DNA of 64,000 nt, from assembly GCA_030390025.1 (NCBI GenBank), contig CM059438.1:65348001-65412000 (forward strand), written 5' to 3'. Of the stretch, positions 62,914 through 64,000 are shown in pieces. Under the pieces are notes generated by a model, which was not told the DNA's origin, ran no database searches, and saw only the letters and a list, made by a program, of their open reading frames with translations. The translations under genes and the position numbers were made by a program. Every line of letters begins with the position of its first letter. The first letter of the stretch is position 1. This stretch comes from Squalus acanthias (Eukaryota).

Positions 62914-64000
62914 CTAGAGCCCGCACAGCCCGTCTACCTGTGTCCGCTCAGCTATGATGCGTGGAAATGACCCCTGGTGGAGATGGAGGTAGAGAAGCAG
63001 AAGGGTAGTTATTTGTTGGACACGGGAGCTTCATGCACCGTGATTCATACGGATAGCCCCTTTGACTCACCACTATCTACCAAGGTCCCATACACATTAG
63101 CGGGTTCACGGGAAAAGAGCAGGCTGGCGCGTTCTCCATTCCGCTCTCCATTCATTTAGGAGCACTCCACACCACGTGGAAGTGCATACTGATGAAATGG
63201 CAAGAGGTGGGTGGGAGAGGCATCCTCGGATCAGATCTCCTATCGGAGCACGGGATCCTCTTGGACCTTAGGAATCACTGTCTCTGGGGAGCCAAGGGTG
63301 GAAAAGGCAAGGTAGTGGTAATCCCGGGGGAGGAAGGTAAAGGGGCCCTGTGTACCATGAAGCCATCCGGAGGCTATGACCTCGGGCTTATGGTCGCGGA
63401 TGTCCCAACAGACATGCAGACGTATGTGTCAGATAATATGCACGCGTTTGCAACCCACAAGCACGATTATGGGAGGGTTACCGGGTTTGAGGTCAGCGTA
63501 GACGGGGACCCCATGACCCGGCCCCAAAAGCAGTATAACTTCCCCAAAGAAGCAGAACCCGATATGGAGACAGCAATGTCCTCCTTGGTGCAGCAGGGCG
63601 TGTTGAGGCCGATAGCCACACACGTGAACTCCCCATTATGGCCGGTTAGGAAGCCGGATAATTCGTGGAGGGCCACGGTGGACTACAGGGTCCTCAATAG
63701 TAACATTCCCGCCTGCGCGCCCACGGTAGCAGCAGTTGCTGACCTAATAGGGAGTATCCCAGCGTCCGCGACCACGTTCACGGTGCTGGATATCTCGAAC
63801 GGTTTTTGGTCCATCCCGCTGCGGCGAGAGGACCAGTACAAGTTTGCCTTTACTTTCAAAGGACAACAGTACACATGGAACTGTTTGCCACAGGGTTGCC
63901 ACAACAGCCCCAGTATTTTCCATCAGTGTATGGCAGGAAGTTTAAAGGAGTTTAGTCAGCCCAATCAGATAGTGCAGTACGTGGATGATTTGCTCCTATT
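62914..64000 (+). pseudogene. pol: pol (protease + RT), runs off the window
   Basis: LLDTGAS, GILGSDLL; NSPLWPVRKPDNSWR.TVDYR.LN, LDISNGFWSIP, LPQG.HNSP, QYVDDLL; TGA at 62968 and a frameshift ~63104. Confidence 0.92.

Overview
Eukaryotic, AT-rich intronic/intergenic DNA packed with transposable elements. The repeat content (V-SINE/HE1-type and Deu-type SINEs, CR1/L2/RTE LINE ends, Penelope ends) points to a cartilaginous fish; this is inference. No host gene can be named, only a few isolated exon-like segments. Main features: (1) a near-intact PIF/Harbinger transposon (41765-45924) with an uninterrupted DDE transposase and a spliced Myb/SANT gene, plus about 13 Harbinger-type MITEs whose 3-bp TSD flanks share a target bias; (2) a convergent two-copy, Myb-only Harbinger derivative (29.7-31.8 kb); (3) short fold-back Penelope-end insertions with 12-14 bp TSDs and minimal hammerhead ribozyme cores; (4) two solo LTRs; (5) from 60084 to the window end, an LTR element with a ~1.56 kb LTR, Arg-tRNA-like PBS, CCHC gag, in-frame UGA-CUAG gag/pol junction and a spuma/class III-like RT (candidate lokiretrovirus-like ERV). 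TSD and TIR coordinates were read by eye; boundaries of old LINEs and SINEs are approximate.
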